From Emiliania huxleyi CCMP1516 (taxonomy: Eukaryota), in assembly GCF_000372725.1 (NCBI RefSeq), contig NW_005201381.1, positions 183,953-247,952 on the forward strand: a stretch of 64,000 nt of DNA, given 5' to 3'. The notes under the pieces are model-generated. The model did not search any database and was not told the origin of the DNA. It was given only the letters and a program-made list of their open reading frames with translations. Shown here piece after piece: positions 38,076-51,400 of the stretch (position 1 is its first letter; every line of letters begins with the position of its first letter). The translations under genes were made by a program, and so were the position numbers.

Positions 38076-39390
38076 CCAACAAAAGACTCCCAATTTAGTC
38101 ACGTTTTCTCACAACACTAGGCACCACACTCCTCTCTCTAGGTGTTATGGGGTGTTATGAGCAGCCAGCCATAACAGCCATAACACCTGTTATGGCCGCT
38201 CCCATAACCTTGAAGAAGGTAGTCGACAAGCTGCCGAGCGCAAATCACTCTGTGTGACACATTTCTTGTTGGCTTCTAAAAATCTCTCTAACCTTGTCTG
38301 GGGACAACTGCGGCGCGCCGTGGTTTCTTAGATTTTTGCGGAAATCGCTTGGTAGGGTTTCTTCACCGACGTTTTCTTAATGCCCGCAACCCACTGTAAG
38401 GGCGTAGAAGAGGTCTACGCCCTTAAGATGCACTTGGAGCACTTGGAGTGCAGTCAGTAACCTCACATCCAGGGCCGGGGAGCTGAGAAGCGCACCCAGC
38501 GGGCCGGATGATCGGGATCGGGCTACGGGCTAGAGAGCCCTGACCCCTAGCTAGGGGGGTGCGCGTTCGCAGGGAAAGGGCCGAAAGACGTTTCTCCGAG
38601 GGTTGGTCTGCGCTGATGAAGTGGCGATTCCGCGTCGGTCAGCGCCGCATCTCCCTTTGGTCGTGAGCTTTTGCCGCCTTGGCATGGGCGGTGCCGCGTC
38701 GGAGCAAGCTTGCTCCCTGCAGCTGTCCCAGGCAATTGCAGGCTGCCTGTCTGTGGTGCCTTCTCCTAGTTGGGTTCCGCAGACGCCCAAGCGGCCTGTG
38801 CCAAAGTCTCCGATGCTGCCGCCTTCGGCGCCGCTTCGCAAGGCTGATTTCGCTGAGCGGACCAGGCCGGCGGCGACCTTGTTCCGCCCAATCACTGCCG
38901 CGGCGGAAGGAATCTGACCTCAGAACAGGCAACTTCAGTGCAAATCAGACTTATTTCAGGGGCCTTCGCTTTCCGTCGGCGTAGCAAGTAGAAGTACGGT
39001 AGTGCCGATGCAGGCAGCATGTGGTCGCATGTTTTATACACACGGCCCTTGTGTGTTATGTACACACGGCCCGCACGCGCCGCGCTGTAGCTGTCTCGTG
39101 TTGGCGATGCCCTTGAGGCGCTGCTGCAGCTTTGCGCGGCTTGATTTTACGGTTTTATGATCTCTCCATTACCGCCTTTGGCCATGATCGGACAGAGAAC
39201 AGGGACGAGGGGCACTGAGCGTAGGCTCTCCGGTGGCCTAACCCGCGCGCGCGATCCCAGGACCCAGCGGACCCGCCCCAAAACGCGCCGCCCCCGCTCT
39301 CCTCCCCCGGGTGCGCCGGGCCCTCCCCACCACACCGGGCCCCTCTAAACACCCCCCGGCCCTCTCACACACGCCACTCCGCGCCGCTGC

Positions 39391-41018
39391 TCACGCCTCG
39401 GAGATGGCGTACGACATCGCCTGGTAGACCTCGACGCCGATCTCCGCCTCGGACTTGACCATGTCGTCGGTCGCCTGGGGAAAGGCCTCGGGCGGGTCTC
39501 GGGCGGGTCTCGGGCGGGTCTCGGGCGGGTATCAGAGGGGCTCGGGAGGGGCTCGGGTGGGTCTCGGGAGGTTCCGAGACGGCTCCGAAGGTTCCAAGAA
39601 AGCTCCGAGGCAGCTCCCCGCAGGTTCCGAGAGGGGCCCCTGCTCAACCCTGGGGCGCGGCGCGCCTTTTCGTATGCCGCCTGGTACTGCGCCAGGCCCG
39701 TCTTGATTGCGTCCGCGTCGAGCTCCTCGAGCGGCGCCGCCATCAGCGTCGACACGGCAAGCTTGGAGTCCTCCCCGATGGAGGCGAAGCCGCCAGAGAC
39801 AAAGTACCTGCGCCGCACACGGGCGTGACACAGCCTCGCACGCGGCGCAAACGGAGGGGGTGTCTGAGGGTCTGTGCAGAGACGCCGCTCACGGCCCGGG
39901 CCAATGTCGATTCCAGGTCGATGTCAACGGCAGAGCCGACGCCGGCTCGTCTCAGGTAGCGAGTGGCGGCGGAGCTGCGGCTGATCTCGGCTGATCTCGG
40001 CTGATCTCGGCTGAGGTCTCGGCTATCTCGGCTGATCTCGGCTGAGGTCTCGGCTATCTCGCACTTGGTCAGTGGCCCGCCCGCCGCCTCCTGAACCGAC
40101 ACCACGCCCGGCTTGAGCTCGGCGATGGTCGGGACCTAGGATTGAGAAGAATGAATAAGTAATTAGGCGATGGTCGGGGCCTGGCACAGCTTGTGGGAGA
40201 TTGTGGGAGATTGTGGGAGATTGTGGGAGATTGTGGGCGATGGCCGGGACCTGGCACAGCGGGAGAGGCGGTGAGGGCAGTGGACGGCGGCGCGACGGCG
40301 GCGGTGATGGTGAGGGCGGTGATGGCGGCGGCGGCGGCGGAAGGGGTGGAGGGGGCTCGACCACACACGGCCAGAGGCGTGAAGAGGCCGCTGGCTCGCG
40401 GTTGTGGAGGGGGCTGGGAGCCGGGGGCGGGTAGCGATCATGTGGGGAGGGGGGGGGGGGGAGCCTTGGCTCACAAGGCGGCGGTGGCTGGACTCGAGGC
40501 GGGGGCAGAGGCTTGTCCGTGTGTCTGTGTGTGCTCCGGTGAGACCGTCTCTCCGTCTCGCTGCCTCTCCCCCCTCCCCTACCGCGTCGGTGTCCCAGGC
40601 TGGCTGCAGTCTCGCCGCTCCCTGTCTTGTCTGCCCGTCGGTCTGTGGCGGGCACATTCTCTCTGTCTAGTTGTGGCACATGGTTGGGCATCACGCCGAA
40701 CTGGCCGTCCACGCCGGGCAGGATCACCATCTCCACCTGGGGGGGGGGGGGGGGGGCAGCTGAAGGAGTGTGGCGATTCAACGGGCAGGGCAAGTTGCGA
40801 CAGCGGCTGCGACCGAGATTGGGCGAGGCAGCAGTGGCAGGGGGGGAAGGGCGAGAGGGCGAGGGTGCAGCGCTGCGCCGCGCCTTTGGAGCATCCTCGC
40901 GAGCCGCGCGCGTCGCGTGCACGAGGCGGGCCGCCGGTGCAGCCTGCCGGGCGAGAGAGCTGCGCAGCGCGCCGGCTGCCAGCGGCCGCGCGCCGGTGCG
41001 GAGCGCGTTGGAAAGCAT
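39391..41018 (-). CDS. ATP5F1D: Mitochondrial F1 ATP synthase delta subunit, spliced
   Basis: Presequence MLSNALRTGAR; VEMVILPGVDGQFGVMPNH|VPTIAELKPGVVSV, YFVSGGFA, EAEIGVEVYQAM. Confidence 0.88.
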
Positions 41019-41441
41019 CGCCGGCTGTGTGCCCTGCAGCGGCGGCGGACGGTCGTGGTCGCGGCGCAAGGGAAAGAGAGGAGAGAGTGAGGACGTGGGG
41101 GATTCGAGAGCGGTGAGGGAGCGTCTGGAACGCATGTGGCGGCTGTGTGACGGCGCAGGCCCGTCTTTGGGGGACGACTGCAGCTGTATTACGGAGGCTT
41201 TTGGTGGGGACGCCAGTCCAGATGGCGAAGCGCGGGGCAGATGTGTGCAGGCGCCGCATCCGGTGCTCATGAGAGAGCGGGCGGGAGAGGGGCGGGGGGG
41301 AGGCGGTAGTGGCGGGGTGGTTTGTGAGGATGTCGAGGTTCCGGGGAGGCTGAGAGGTGGCGCAAAACACCTCTCCCTTTCGGCGTCGGGGCTGAAAAAA
41401 GAATTTTGAACAGGCAGCTTGAAAAGAATGTAGGTAGGTCA

Positions 41442-41769
41442 AAACAGCGCCTGAACGCATGGCGTTCAGGCGGCACTTCTCTCGCGTCGGCTCCGCCGAG
41501 CGCTGCACAGAGACCATCTTCACTGACCACCAACGACAGGTGTGCGACTACGCGCTCGTCTACGCGGAGAAGAAGAACGACGGCGAAGCGCCGTACTCGG
41601 TCTCCTTCACCGCGACGCAGAGCGGCGACGTCATCGTACAGCTGCACCCGCACTCGCAGCTCGAGCGCGCCGTGCGCCACGAGCGGCAGGCGCAGGCCAC
41701 GGAGCCGCCTGCGAGCGCGAGCCCTGCGGCGCCGCCCGCCCCTGCCGCCGCGCCGCCAGCCGCGGAGCC
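41442..41769 (+). repeat. Apparently identical 328-bp copy of the 5' part of the orphan-ORF element (60113-60440)
   Basis: Constant offset of 18671 bp; no mismatch seen by eye. Confidence 0.93.
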
Positions 41770-42085
41770 ACACTCTACATCCTCTACACCCTCCCTCAGG
41801 GTTTTGGCCGCTTTGTGTATCTCGACATCTCGAGACCTCGCTCGAGAGAAGGCTGCCCGCAGGGCCCAAGTCGGGAATTGGCTTTTTTTCTTTGGTGTCA
41901 AAGCTTAGTGAGGTTAGGTAGGAAGGTGAAGAACAGTTTTCAGGCTCGGACTGGACACCAACGCGGTATGGGTGGATGCGAGACGCTGGTGGTCAGCACA
42001 AATTCTTCTTCGTGTTACCTGCCAGTGCGGGTGAACCTTCTTTTGTAGACCGCTAGGATTGAGAGCAGCCTCGCTCTCAATCCTG

Positions 42086-42832
42086 GAAGTCGAAGGATTG
42101 TGAGCAGCACTCCTCGCAATCGTAGCATCTCTGTGCGATTGTGAGCGCCTACGCTCGCAATCCTACATCTTCTAAGACTAAGAGCAGCTCCGCTCCCAAG
42201 GTGACTGGTGACGCCTACGACTACTACCAGCGCGCTCGCAATCCGAGCAAAGTCTAGGATTGCGAGCAGCAATGCTCACAATCCGAGCAACATGCCTCCG
42301 ATTGCGAGCAGTAGCGCTCGCAATCCTAGAACTTTCGCCGATTTGCGACGGCGACACCGCCCACAGTCCTACGACTTCTAGGATTGCGAGCGGGTCCCCT
42401 CGCAATCGGTGCGATCACTGTTTGGATTGTGAGGAGACCCTCCCGGCGCGCTCACTCACAAGCGCTCGCGGCTGGAGCGATTGGGAGTGCCCTCTGTGCG
42501 CCTGCTAGCAATCCTTGGATCTTGGGTACGATTGTGAGCGCCGCCGCTCATAGTCCTACAAGATGTAGGATTGCGAGCGCTACTGCTCGCAATCGGAGGC
42601 ATGTTGCTCGGATTGTGAGCATTGCTGCTCGCAATCCTAGCTAGCTAGACTTTGCTCGGATTGCGAGCGCGCTGGTAGTAGTCGTAGGCGTCACCGGTTG
42701 TCACCTTGGGAGCGGAGCTGCTCTTAGTCCTAGAAGATGTAGGATTGCGAGCGTAGGTGCTAGCAATCGTACATTACAGAGAGAGAGAGATGCTACGATT
42801 GCGAGGAGTGCTGCTCACCCTCCTTCGACTTC
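42086..42832. mobile_element. Foldback-like element with ~245-265-bp inverted arms (42086-42328 and 42566-42832)
   Basis: Arms are reverse complements with small indels, built from GCTCGCAATC/GATTGCGAGC modules. Confidence 0.8.
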
Positions 42833-42933
42833 TACAGAGGCGCGGGCTACAGAGGAGGCGCAGAGGTATCGAGCGTGGCAGCTCAGAGCTTGCCAGCAGG
42901 ACCGAGGAGGGCTCGGCGCGAGCGGGCCGCCAG

Positions 42934-44282
42934 CTGAGCCCTGGTCTGACAGCCTGACAGCAACCCCCGGACAGCGCCTGACAGTGCCCGACAGCCTGAC
43001 AGCGCTGACAGCACTTTCTCTGACAGTCTGACAGCACGTGTCTGACAGCCTGACAGCAGAGTCTGGCAGGCGAGGGGTTCCGTCGCTGTCAGGCCCTAAC
43101 GTGACAGCCTGACAGCTGCCTGACAGCCCGACAGCACACAGTGGCCTGACAGCAGCGCTGACAGCCTGACAGCCCGACAGCAGCACAGACCGTACACAGA
43201 CCCCGTAGAGCCTCTTTCTTGTGCCCCATTGAGGGTATAACAAAGTTACATGCAAAGACATGTGAGTGTGGTCCATGTCCATGTCCATGTAGTCATGGGA
43301 TGGTCATGGGTCTCTCTCTCAACCCTCCCGCCCGCCACCTCTGCGGACCCCTCTCTAGCACCGGCGGCTGTGCTACTACAAATGAAGCTACCAGCTAGCC
43401 TTCTGGGGCCCTACAGTCATATGCCTAGGGCGTCTGGGTGGGGGTGGCCGCCGCCGTCTGTGCCGCTGCCGCCGCCGCCGCCTGCGCCGCCATCTGCGCT
43501 CCCCAGGCGGCCGCCCCTGCCGGCGTGATCACGCCATAGGAGGGGGGCAGCTCCAGCGCAGAGTACCTGCGCCAGCTCTCCATGAGTCAGCGCAGCAACG
43601 GGGTCTTCATCAACGACCCCAAGGGCCTCTTTATCCTCCGGTGGTACCGTGAGGTGAAGGGTGACGGGACCCCCCCCCAGACGGCCCGCGCTACCAGAAC
43701 ACAACAGAGCGTGCAAGTACTACAAGCTGACGAGCGACAACGATGGGGAGGCCTTCCGCTGGACCAGCAACTACCAGATCATCAGCAAGGTGTACCTGAA
43801 GAAGCACTCCACCCTGCCTCTCTGCTATTCTCTCAGTGCCGCAGACAAGAAGATGGTGACGTCCACCATGAAAAAGATGGTGGGACCGGAGGCAGAGTAG
43901 AGGCTAGAGTATGTATGTGTAGTAGAGTCCTGCTGGTCTCCTCTTGATAGTGTCATAAGTGTGGCTGGTGTGTGTCAGAGCCTGACAGCACCCCGACAGC
44001 ACCACCTGACAGCACCTGACAGCAACAGCCCAACGTCTGACAGCAGCAGCAGCCTGACAGCTCTGACAGCTCCGACAGCGTCTGACAGCAACACCCGACA
44101 GCTCCGACAGCACCTGACAGCTACAGAACCCCTCGCCTGTCAGACATGCACCCGACAGCACCCGACAGCACTGACAGCACCTGACAGCTGGTCTGACAGA
44201 GGCACCTGACAGTGCCTGACAGCTGCCCGACAGCCCGACAGATCACCTGACAGCACCTGACAGCCTGACAGCCAGGGCTCAG
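42934..44282. mobile_element. Non-autonomous DNA transposon, family A, second complete copy (opposite orientation)
   Basis: TIR CTGAGCCCTGG; 8-bp TSD GCCGCCAG (42926-42933 and 44283-44290); same ORF tail as 4538-4880 but frameshifted. Confidence 0.92.
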
Positions 44283-44519
44283 GCCGCCAGCAGAACACGG
44301 CGCCGCGACAAGCTCTTTTCACAGCGCGAACAAGTGTGAACAGCTCCACGAATACCTTATAACACTGGTCTGATACTCCGCTCAGGTGCTCAGGGCACCC
44401 ATCTGTCCCAGGCATGCAAGTTGTACGGGTTTGTTTCTGCAGGAAGTGGAGCTGTGAAGCTGTCCACATTGTCACACTGGACCACAGGATTGAGAGCCCT
44501 GCTGCGTACCGTCGTGTGT

Positions 44520-46617
44520 ATGCCGAGCGACTCCTCGGTTGCCGTCGAGTGGGCGACTCTCCTCTCCTTGTGGCGTGAGCGTCAGCGCGCGCTCGCCTCC
44601 CACGCCGCCGAGTCGCTCAAGCTTCCCGCGCTCCCTCTGCCCAACGGTGGCGGCGACACCGCCGGCGACACTGCCGGCACGGCTGCCGCCGGCGGCTCCG
44701 TGCAACACCTGTACGCGGCGGACCCGCAGCACCTTGCCCTCGACGTGCAGGACGCGGCGACCGCCGCCGGCGACCGCGCGAGGACGTTCCACGCCCGCCT
44801 TGCCCGGCTCGATGCAGGCATCGCTGTGCTCGGCGCGGCTGCGGCCGCCGCGGCCACGGCGGCGGCAGCGGCCGGCGACGAGGGCGCCGACGCGTGGGTG
44901 GAGAGCGATGCGACGGGTGCGTGCGCCGCGCGGCCGTACGTCTCCCTCGCCGCGCGCAAGCGGTTGCGGGTGCTGGATGGTCCGGTTCCGGTGCCGCGCC
45001 CGTCGCAAGCCGCCTCTGCGGCGCGTCCGAGCGTCTCTCCCGTCGACACCCTCCGCGGCCGGTCTTGCGTCTAGGCGGCCGCGGCGGTGCAGACGCCTCT
45101 GTGGGCGGCGGCCGGCGTCGGGCCCGACCGTCTGGTCGCGGGAGACGTGCTGCACGTGCCCTTCTCGGCACGACGGATAGATAGAGAGGCGAACCAGAGG
45201 CGAAACAGCGGCGAAACAGCAGTGAGGCCGCGACGGGGACCGCGGTATGGGTAGACGCAAGGGCGCAGAGACGGTCACACTCGTGCGACACACCGACACA
45301 CAGACGAGACACTCGGCGCCGGAGGCGGTACAACTCGGAGCCTTCCACAAGCCTTCCACGAGGCCTTCTTCGAACTCGCCTGGTAGGCGCAGGAGGCGGC
45401 GGTCTGCCGCCATCTCGCCGCCGCCGCCTCGGGCGTGGCTTATCGGCCGACGATCTGGCGCGACGAGGGAAGCAGCGCCGTCACACGCCCACTTGTGGAC
45501 AGGCGCGCCCTCCGCCGCCGATTTGTCCCTCGCGCCGTCCTTGCTGTTTGGGCGGACGGCGCTGGATTGCGCGCGGTTCCTTGCGGATGAGGCGCTGCAG
45601 CGAGGGGAGGAGGAGGCGACGGGGGAGGGGGAGGGAGAGGCGATGCGGGGGGGCGAGGGAGAGGCGATACGGCGGGGGGAGGAGCAGATTGCGGCGGTGG
45701 AGGCGGCGCGCCACGCGTTGCGGTGGGCGGCGGGAGCTGGCGGCGGCGAGGGAGATATGGGGAGATATGGGGAGATATGGGGAGATGTACGGGGAGCTGG
45801 CGGCGGCGAGCGCGGCGGCGAGGGCGGCGGCGAGGGCGGCGGCGGCGGTGAGGAAGAGGCGGAGGAGGAGGCGGAGGGGGGCGAGGAGGGGCAGACGGCC
45901 GGCGGCGGCGGAAAGCGGCCTCGCGAGCGGGCGATGCTGTTCGTTGGTCGGCCATTCCTGTCCCTGTGTCTCCCGGACCTGTCCTGGCACTTTTTGCAGG
46001 CGATGCTCCTCGTCGGTCGGCCTGTTGCGCTGCGGGGCGGGGCGGGGCGGAGAGTCGGCGCGGCTGGCTTGGTGGACCAGAGGTCGTTCGGTGCTGCGGC
46101 GCTGCAGGCTCAGAGCGGCGAGCTGCGGCGCGGAGTGTACCGCACCTTTGGACCCACCTCCGTCTCCGGCAAGCCGACGGGGTGCGTGGTGGACGTGGCG
46201 CTCTCCTCCCCGAGGGGCACCGGCCTGCGGCTGGCGGTTGGCTCTGGCGAGGGCCCTCACGAGGCACTGCTCTACGACCTCCGCACTGAGGCGTGCCGCG
46301 TCCTCGGCAGCGGCGCCGGCCAGCCGCACGCGACGACGGTCTCTGCTGTCCGCTTCTCCGCGTCGGGCGAGCGGCTCCTCACGGCAGGCACACGGCGAGA
46401 CCGTACCTCGGCTACACCTCGGCTGTACCTCGGCTACACCTCGGCTGTACCTCCGCCGAGCCCGACGAGATCATCTCTCCCCACCCTCTCCCACACTCTC
46501 CGACTCTCTGACGCAGGGTACGACGGCACGGTGCGCGTCTGGTCGGCGGCCGACGGGAAGCTGAGCCGCTGCCTCGGCCACCCCCTCCCTGTGCCCTCCG
46601 CCGCCGACGCAGAGGGC

Positions 46618-46653
<36 letters not shown>

Positions 46654-48151
46654 GCGGAGGGGGAAGGGGGAGGGGTGGGCGCCGTCGAGTTTGAGCCCGA
46701 GGGGGCGGAGGAGGAGGAGGAGGAGGTGCCGGCGTGGGCGTACGTGTGCGAGGAGGCGGGACACACCGACCACGTGCTCTGCCTCTGCACGCACGCGCGG
46801 GTGGAGGGGCTGGCAGCGTCGGGAGGCAAGGACAACGCGCTCGTGCTGTGGGACGTGGAGCAGGGCAAGGCGCGCAATCGCTCGGCTAGATCTCGCCAGA
46901 TCTCGGCTCATACCTGCAGGGGCGGCGGTGCGTCACCGCGGTGGATCCATGTCTCGGCTATCTCTGGGCCACATCTCTCGGCTGTATCTCGGCCATCTTT
47001 CGGCAGGTGCGCCACCGCATCGAGCTCGGCCGCAACCCTCTCGACCTGGCCTTCGGGCACGGACCCTGCGACGGCTCTCTCCTGGCCGCGATGGACTCGC
47101 TGCCGGGCGAGGAGGGTCAGGCCCTCGTCATCGACGCGGAGACGCACCAGCTTCGGCTCGCGCTGAGCGCGTCGACGGTCGGTCCGGGCTGCGCGGGGCA
47201 CGTGTCTTGCCTGCACGCGTCGCTAAGCGGGGGGACCCTGCTGACCGGCGCCGCCGACGGGTCCGTGCGGCAGTACTGCGCGCGCGACGGCTCGCTGGTG
47301 TTGCAGTACAATAGCGGGATGCGAGACGTGAACCTGACGTCGCTCTCGTGCGACGGCCGCTACATCCAGGCGTCGGGCGACCGCGACGAGGCTCGCGCGC
47401 TCTCACCGCGCGGCACTGGCCCTTCGCCGACCCTTCGCCGACCCTTCGCCGACCCTTCTCTGACCCTTCCCTGACCCTTCCCTGACCCTTCCCTGACCCT
47501 TCTCCGAGCCTTGCAGGCGCACGTGCTCGACACGCGCCGGCCCGACAGGCCGCCGCACAGTGCTGAGGCGCGAGGCGGCGGCACCTGCCAAGACATGTCC
47601 ACGACATGTCCGGGACATGTCGCATAGACCGCTGCACGTGCTGAGGCACGAGCCGGTGGCGCAGCACGTCAACGGCGTGACGGCGCAGTGGGCGCACAGC
47701 GCGGGCACGGTCATGGTCACCGGTTCGGACGATTGCGTGGCGCGGCCGGCGGGACGACACACCGTTTCTCCGCACGTATCTGTTTCAGGAGGAGTGTTGC
47801 GTTTCAGGTGCGGCTGTGGGACGTCTCGCTCGCCCAGCCGATGCTCACCTCGTTGCCGGGCCACTCTGCGCCGATCAGCTGCCTCGCGATCGCACCCGAC
47901 GACGACCTCGTCGTCTCTGGCGGCGACGAGGGTAAGGTGCGCACGGCCGCCACACGGGGACGCTCGGGGAAGCTCTCGGCTCCTCTCGAGCCATCTCGGC
48001 TCGTCTCGTACAGGTGGTCGCGTATAGCCGCCACTCGGCGCCTTCGGTGCTGCACATGCAGAGCGGCCGCTGGACGCTCGGCCGCGACCAGGACAACTTC
48101 CTCAGCCAGCGGGGGGTGCTGCCTGCAGCCGCGGGCGCGGGGCACGGCTGA
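44520..48151 (+). CDS. WD40-repeat protein, multi-exon (5' structure uncertain)
   Basis: GYDGTVRVWS, GHTDHVLCL..ASGGKDNALVLWD, LLTGAADGSVRQY, TGSDDCV|VRLWD, GHSAPISCL..SGGDEGK. Confidence 0.75.
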
Positions 48152-48175
48152 GAGAAGCAGCGGTCTCGGGGAGGG

Positions 48176-48283
48176 CGGTGTGTATCAGCCACCCTATGCC
48201 ACCGTCGCTATCCGGATAGCGACGGTGGCAAACCCGTCCCGGGCCGGCTTTATATAGGCATAGGTCGTGACTGATATACACCG
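48176..48283. repeat. Small inverted-repeat element containing a perfect 34-bp palindrome (48197-48230)
   Basis: TGCCACCGTCGCTATCC|GGATAGCGACGGTGGCA; ends CGGTGTGTATCAG and CTGATATACACCG. Confidence 0.8.
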
Positions 48284-48400
48284 TCGCACCAATGGCGAGA
48301 GTTAGCTACAAGATTGTTTGCCAATGAAATCCGCCCTTTAGCAAAAGGTAACTCTACATAGCGCTTAAGCGGCGCATGTGCGCGTGCTCGAGTGCGCGTG

Positions 48401-51400
48401 TCAGTCAAGCGTGGCATAGCTGTACCTCTCCGCCTGCACCGCTTGCTCCACTTTATCACGGAGCTCGATCGGGAACTGCTCCATGACGGGCGGGGAGGCC
48501 AGCGCGTCGCCTCCCCGCAAGTGCTTGATCTCCGCCACGTCCTGTACGCCGGCCGCCAGCAGCAGCTCGACCGCCTCGCCGGGGAGCTTGCGCGACCCCG
48601 CCCACGTTTCGAGGTCTCGCCGCAGCGCGGCATCCTCGAGCTCGTGCAGGAACGACGGCAGCCGCTGCGAGAGGCGTCGCTTCGAGTCGACAGGCCCCGG
48701 GCGCAGGTGCGAGATCGCACCGACTGCGAGCTTCGGCCGTGGGGCGACTCGCTCCGACGCGCTCCGCAGCCGCACCTTGCCCACCTTGCCGCCAACCTTG
48801 CCCACGTTGCGCATCCACCCCATCAGCCCAAGCCGCTCCTCGGCGTCCGCGTCCCCGTCGCTGCTGTCGCTCTCGCTGCTCTGGCTGCTCTCGCCCTCGC
48901 TTCTCTCGCTGCTGTCGCCCGCGCCGCTTCCCGCCTTGGCTTCGCTCCGAATGTCGTCGTTCCGCTCGTCGTTCTCCTGCTCGGACGCTACCCCGCGCCC
49001 GGCCCGCAACCCCGGCGCCGACGCGTTGCCTGCAGAAGCATCGCCCCCGCCGCCCTCTGCGCCCGGGAAAGGCCGCCGTCCAGGGGCGCTCGAGCTCCGC
49101 CGCTTTGCGAGAGTCTCGCGCAGCAGCTGCAGCTTGAGCCGAGGGGTGAGCGCCCCGGAGGCAGCGACGCGGCCGGTCTTGGTGGCCGGCGCCTTGCGCC
49201 CCCGAGCCCGCGCAAGCCGCTCGGCGACACGCACTGACGATGGCGTCGCAAGCGTGTCCGAGAAGACCAATTCTCCTGACGCCGCCCCTGCCGACTCTAC
49301 CGGCGCCGCCTCTGCCGGCGCTGCCTCTGCCGGCGCCGCCGCCGCAGCCAACGCCTCTGGCCCCGCCTCCTCAGCCTCCTCCTCCGTCTCCTCCGCTCCT
49401 TCTGTTGCTTCCGCCGCGCTTGCCCGCCGACTTGCCTCCGCCGCGCTTCCTCGCCAACTTGCCTCCGCCGCGCTTGCCCGCCGGCTGGCTACACTGGCCC
49501 TTGCCAACCGAGCGGCGATGGCACGCTCTCTCGCCAGCTCTGCCGCCGTCGGCTCTGCCACAACCGCCACCTCTGGCTCGGCCGCCTCAGCTGCCGCCGC
49601 CTCTGCCACTGCGCCCTCCGCTCCGCCTGCTTCTGCTGGCGCCGCCCTTGCTGCAGCAGCTGCCTCGGTCAACGCCGCCGCCGATGCTGCCTCTGCAGCC
49701 ACCCTGTGCTTCGCTAGCCTGGCGGCGATAGCCCGTTCCCTCAGACTCTTCACTCTGGCGGCCCGATCTGGCGGCAACACCGCCAACGCCGCCAACAGCT
49801 CTGCCCTCGGCGATGGCATAGCCTGGAGCTCGCTCTGGGTCACCCGGCCGTCGGCGTCGGCGTCGGCCTGAGCAAACTGCATGGCCGTCAGCCCGCCTCG
49901 GCCCGCCATCTTCCGCTGCTCTTCACGGGTGACCACGCCGTCGCCGTCGATGTCCGAGATCTGGAAGGCGGCTTCCCTCTCCGCTACCGCCTCTTCCAGC
50001 GCCGCCCTCTCCGCCGCCCCCTTCTCTGCCGCCGCCTTCTCCGCGGCCGCCTTCTCTGCCGCCGCCTCCGCCTCAATCGCTGCCTTCTCCGCAGCCGCCT
50101 TCTCCGCAGTCGCCAACAACGCAGCGACCCTGTCGGCAGCCGCCTTCTTACTGTCAGCAGCCGCCTTCCTAGCAGCCGCCTTCTCCGCAGCCACCCTGTC
50201 CGCAGCCGCCTTCTCCGCAGCCGCCTTCTCCGCAGCCGCCTTCTCGGCAGACGCCAGCAACGCAGCGACCCTGTCAGCAGCCGCCTTCTTGGCAGCCGCC
50301 TTCTCTGCCGCCGCCTTCTCTGCCGCCGCCTTCTCTGCCAAAGCCCTCGCCACTTCCTTGGCTGCCTCCTCCTCCGCTTTCACTCTTGCCGTCTCTGCCG
50401 CTGCCTCCGCCGCCTTCTCCGCCGCCGATGGCCGCCTCATGTCACCGAAGCCGAGGAGCTCGGACGGACTCCAAAGGGGCCCGCCCGGCGGCGGAGGCGG
50501 CAGCTCCTCTTCTTCGCCCTCATCGGAGGAGGAGCCGGACTCCGAGTCGGACGTCTCCGAGGCGGAGACCATCTGCTCGAGGTACTGCTCCAGCGCCTCG
50601 CGGGCCGACTTGACGCCGTCGATCCGCGTGACCTTGAGCGGTGGGACCGCCACAGCCGCGGCAGCCGCGCCGCCTCTCTTTGGCTCGCCGGTGCGGAGGG
50701 AGAGCCGCGCCGCCCGGAACTCGGAGAGGGCATCCGTCGCCTTGGCCTCGCGGTCGGCGACACTGCGGCGATCGTGCACCTCGACCCCCTCCTTGTCAGG
50801 CGAGGGCCGGAGGGGCGTGGAAGTGGAGGGCTGCGCCGCTTCGGCGGCGTCGTAGGCCTGCAGCCGCTCCGCCATCGAGCCGCGGGGTGGCGCGTTTGAG
50901 ATCTCTGCGGAGAGCTTCTTGGACACGGCCAGTGAGACGGCAGCCCGCTTACCCACAGGCGATGGCACCGGTGACGGCGAGGGCGACGGCGCGGGCGACG
51001 GCTTGCTCCGCAGAAAGCCGCCCGTGCGGATCTGGCTCAGAAAGCCGGGAGCCGCGCGAGACGCCACGGGCGATACCACCGCCGGAGGCGCCGCCTCACC
51101 TGCGGCCGCCTCTCCCGCTGAGCGGCGGGCGGACTCCTCCTCCACCCGAGCCTTGGCAACCCTGGCCGCCGCCGCGCGCGCCTTGAGCAGCGCAATCTTG
51201 TCCGCCTTCTCCTTCTCCTTCCTCTCCCGCAACCGGCTCGCCTCCAGCGACGGCCTCACCTGCCCGGTGTGCGAAGCGCTCGACGACCCTCCCGAGGGCG
51301 CCGCCGACCCATCCGAGCGAGCCGCCGCCGCCGTGCCCGCTGCCGTGGGCTGCAGTCTGCTCATCACTCCCTCCCCTCCAGCCGGCTTGGCAGGCGCGGC

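Noticed and set aside
38570..38660. GAAA ... CTGATGA resembling a hammerhead ribozyme or box C
   Set aside because: Required stems I-III and a cleavable NUH are absent; no well-placed box D with a terminal stem.
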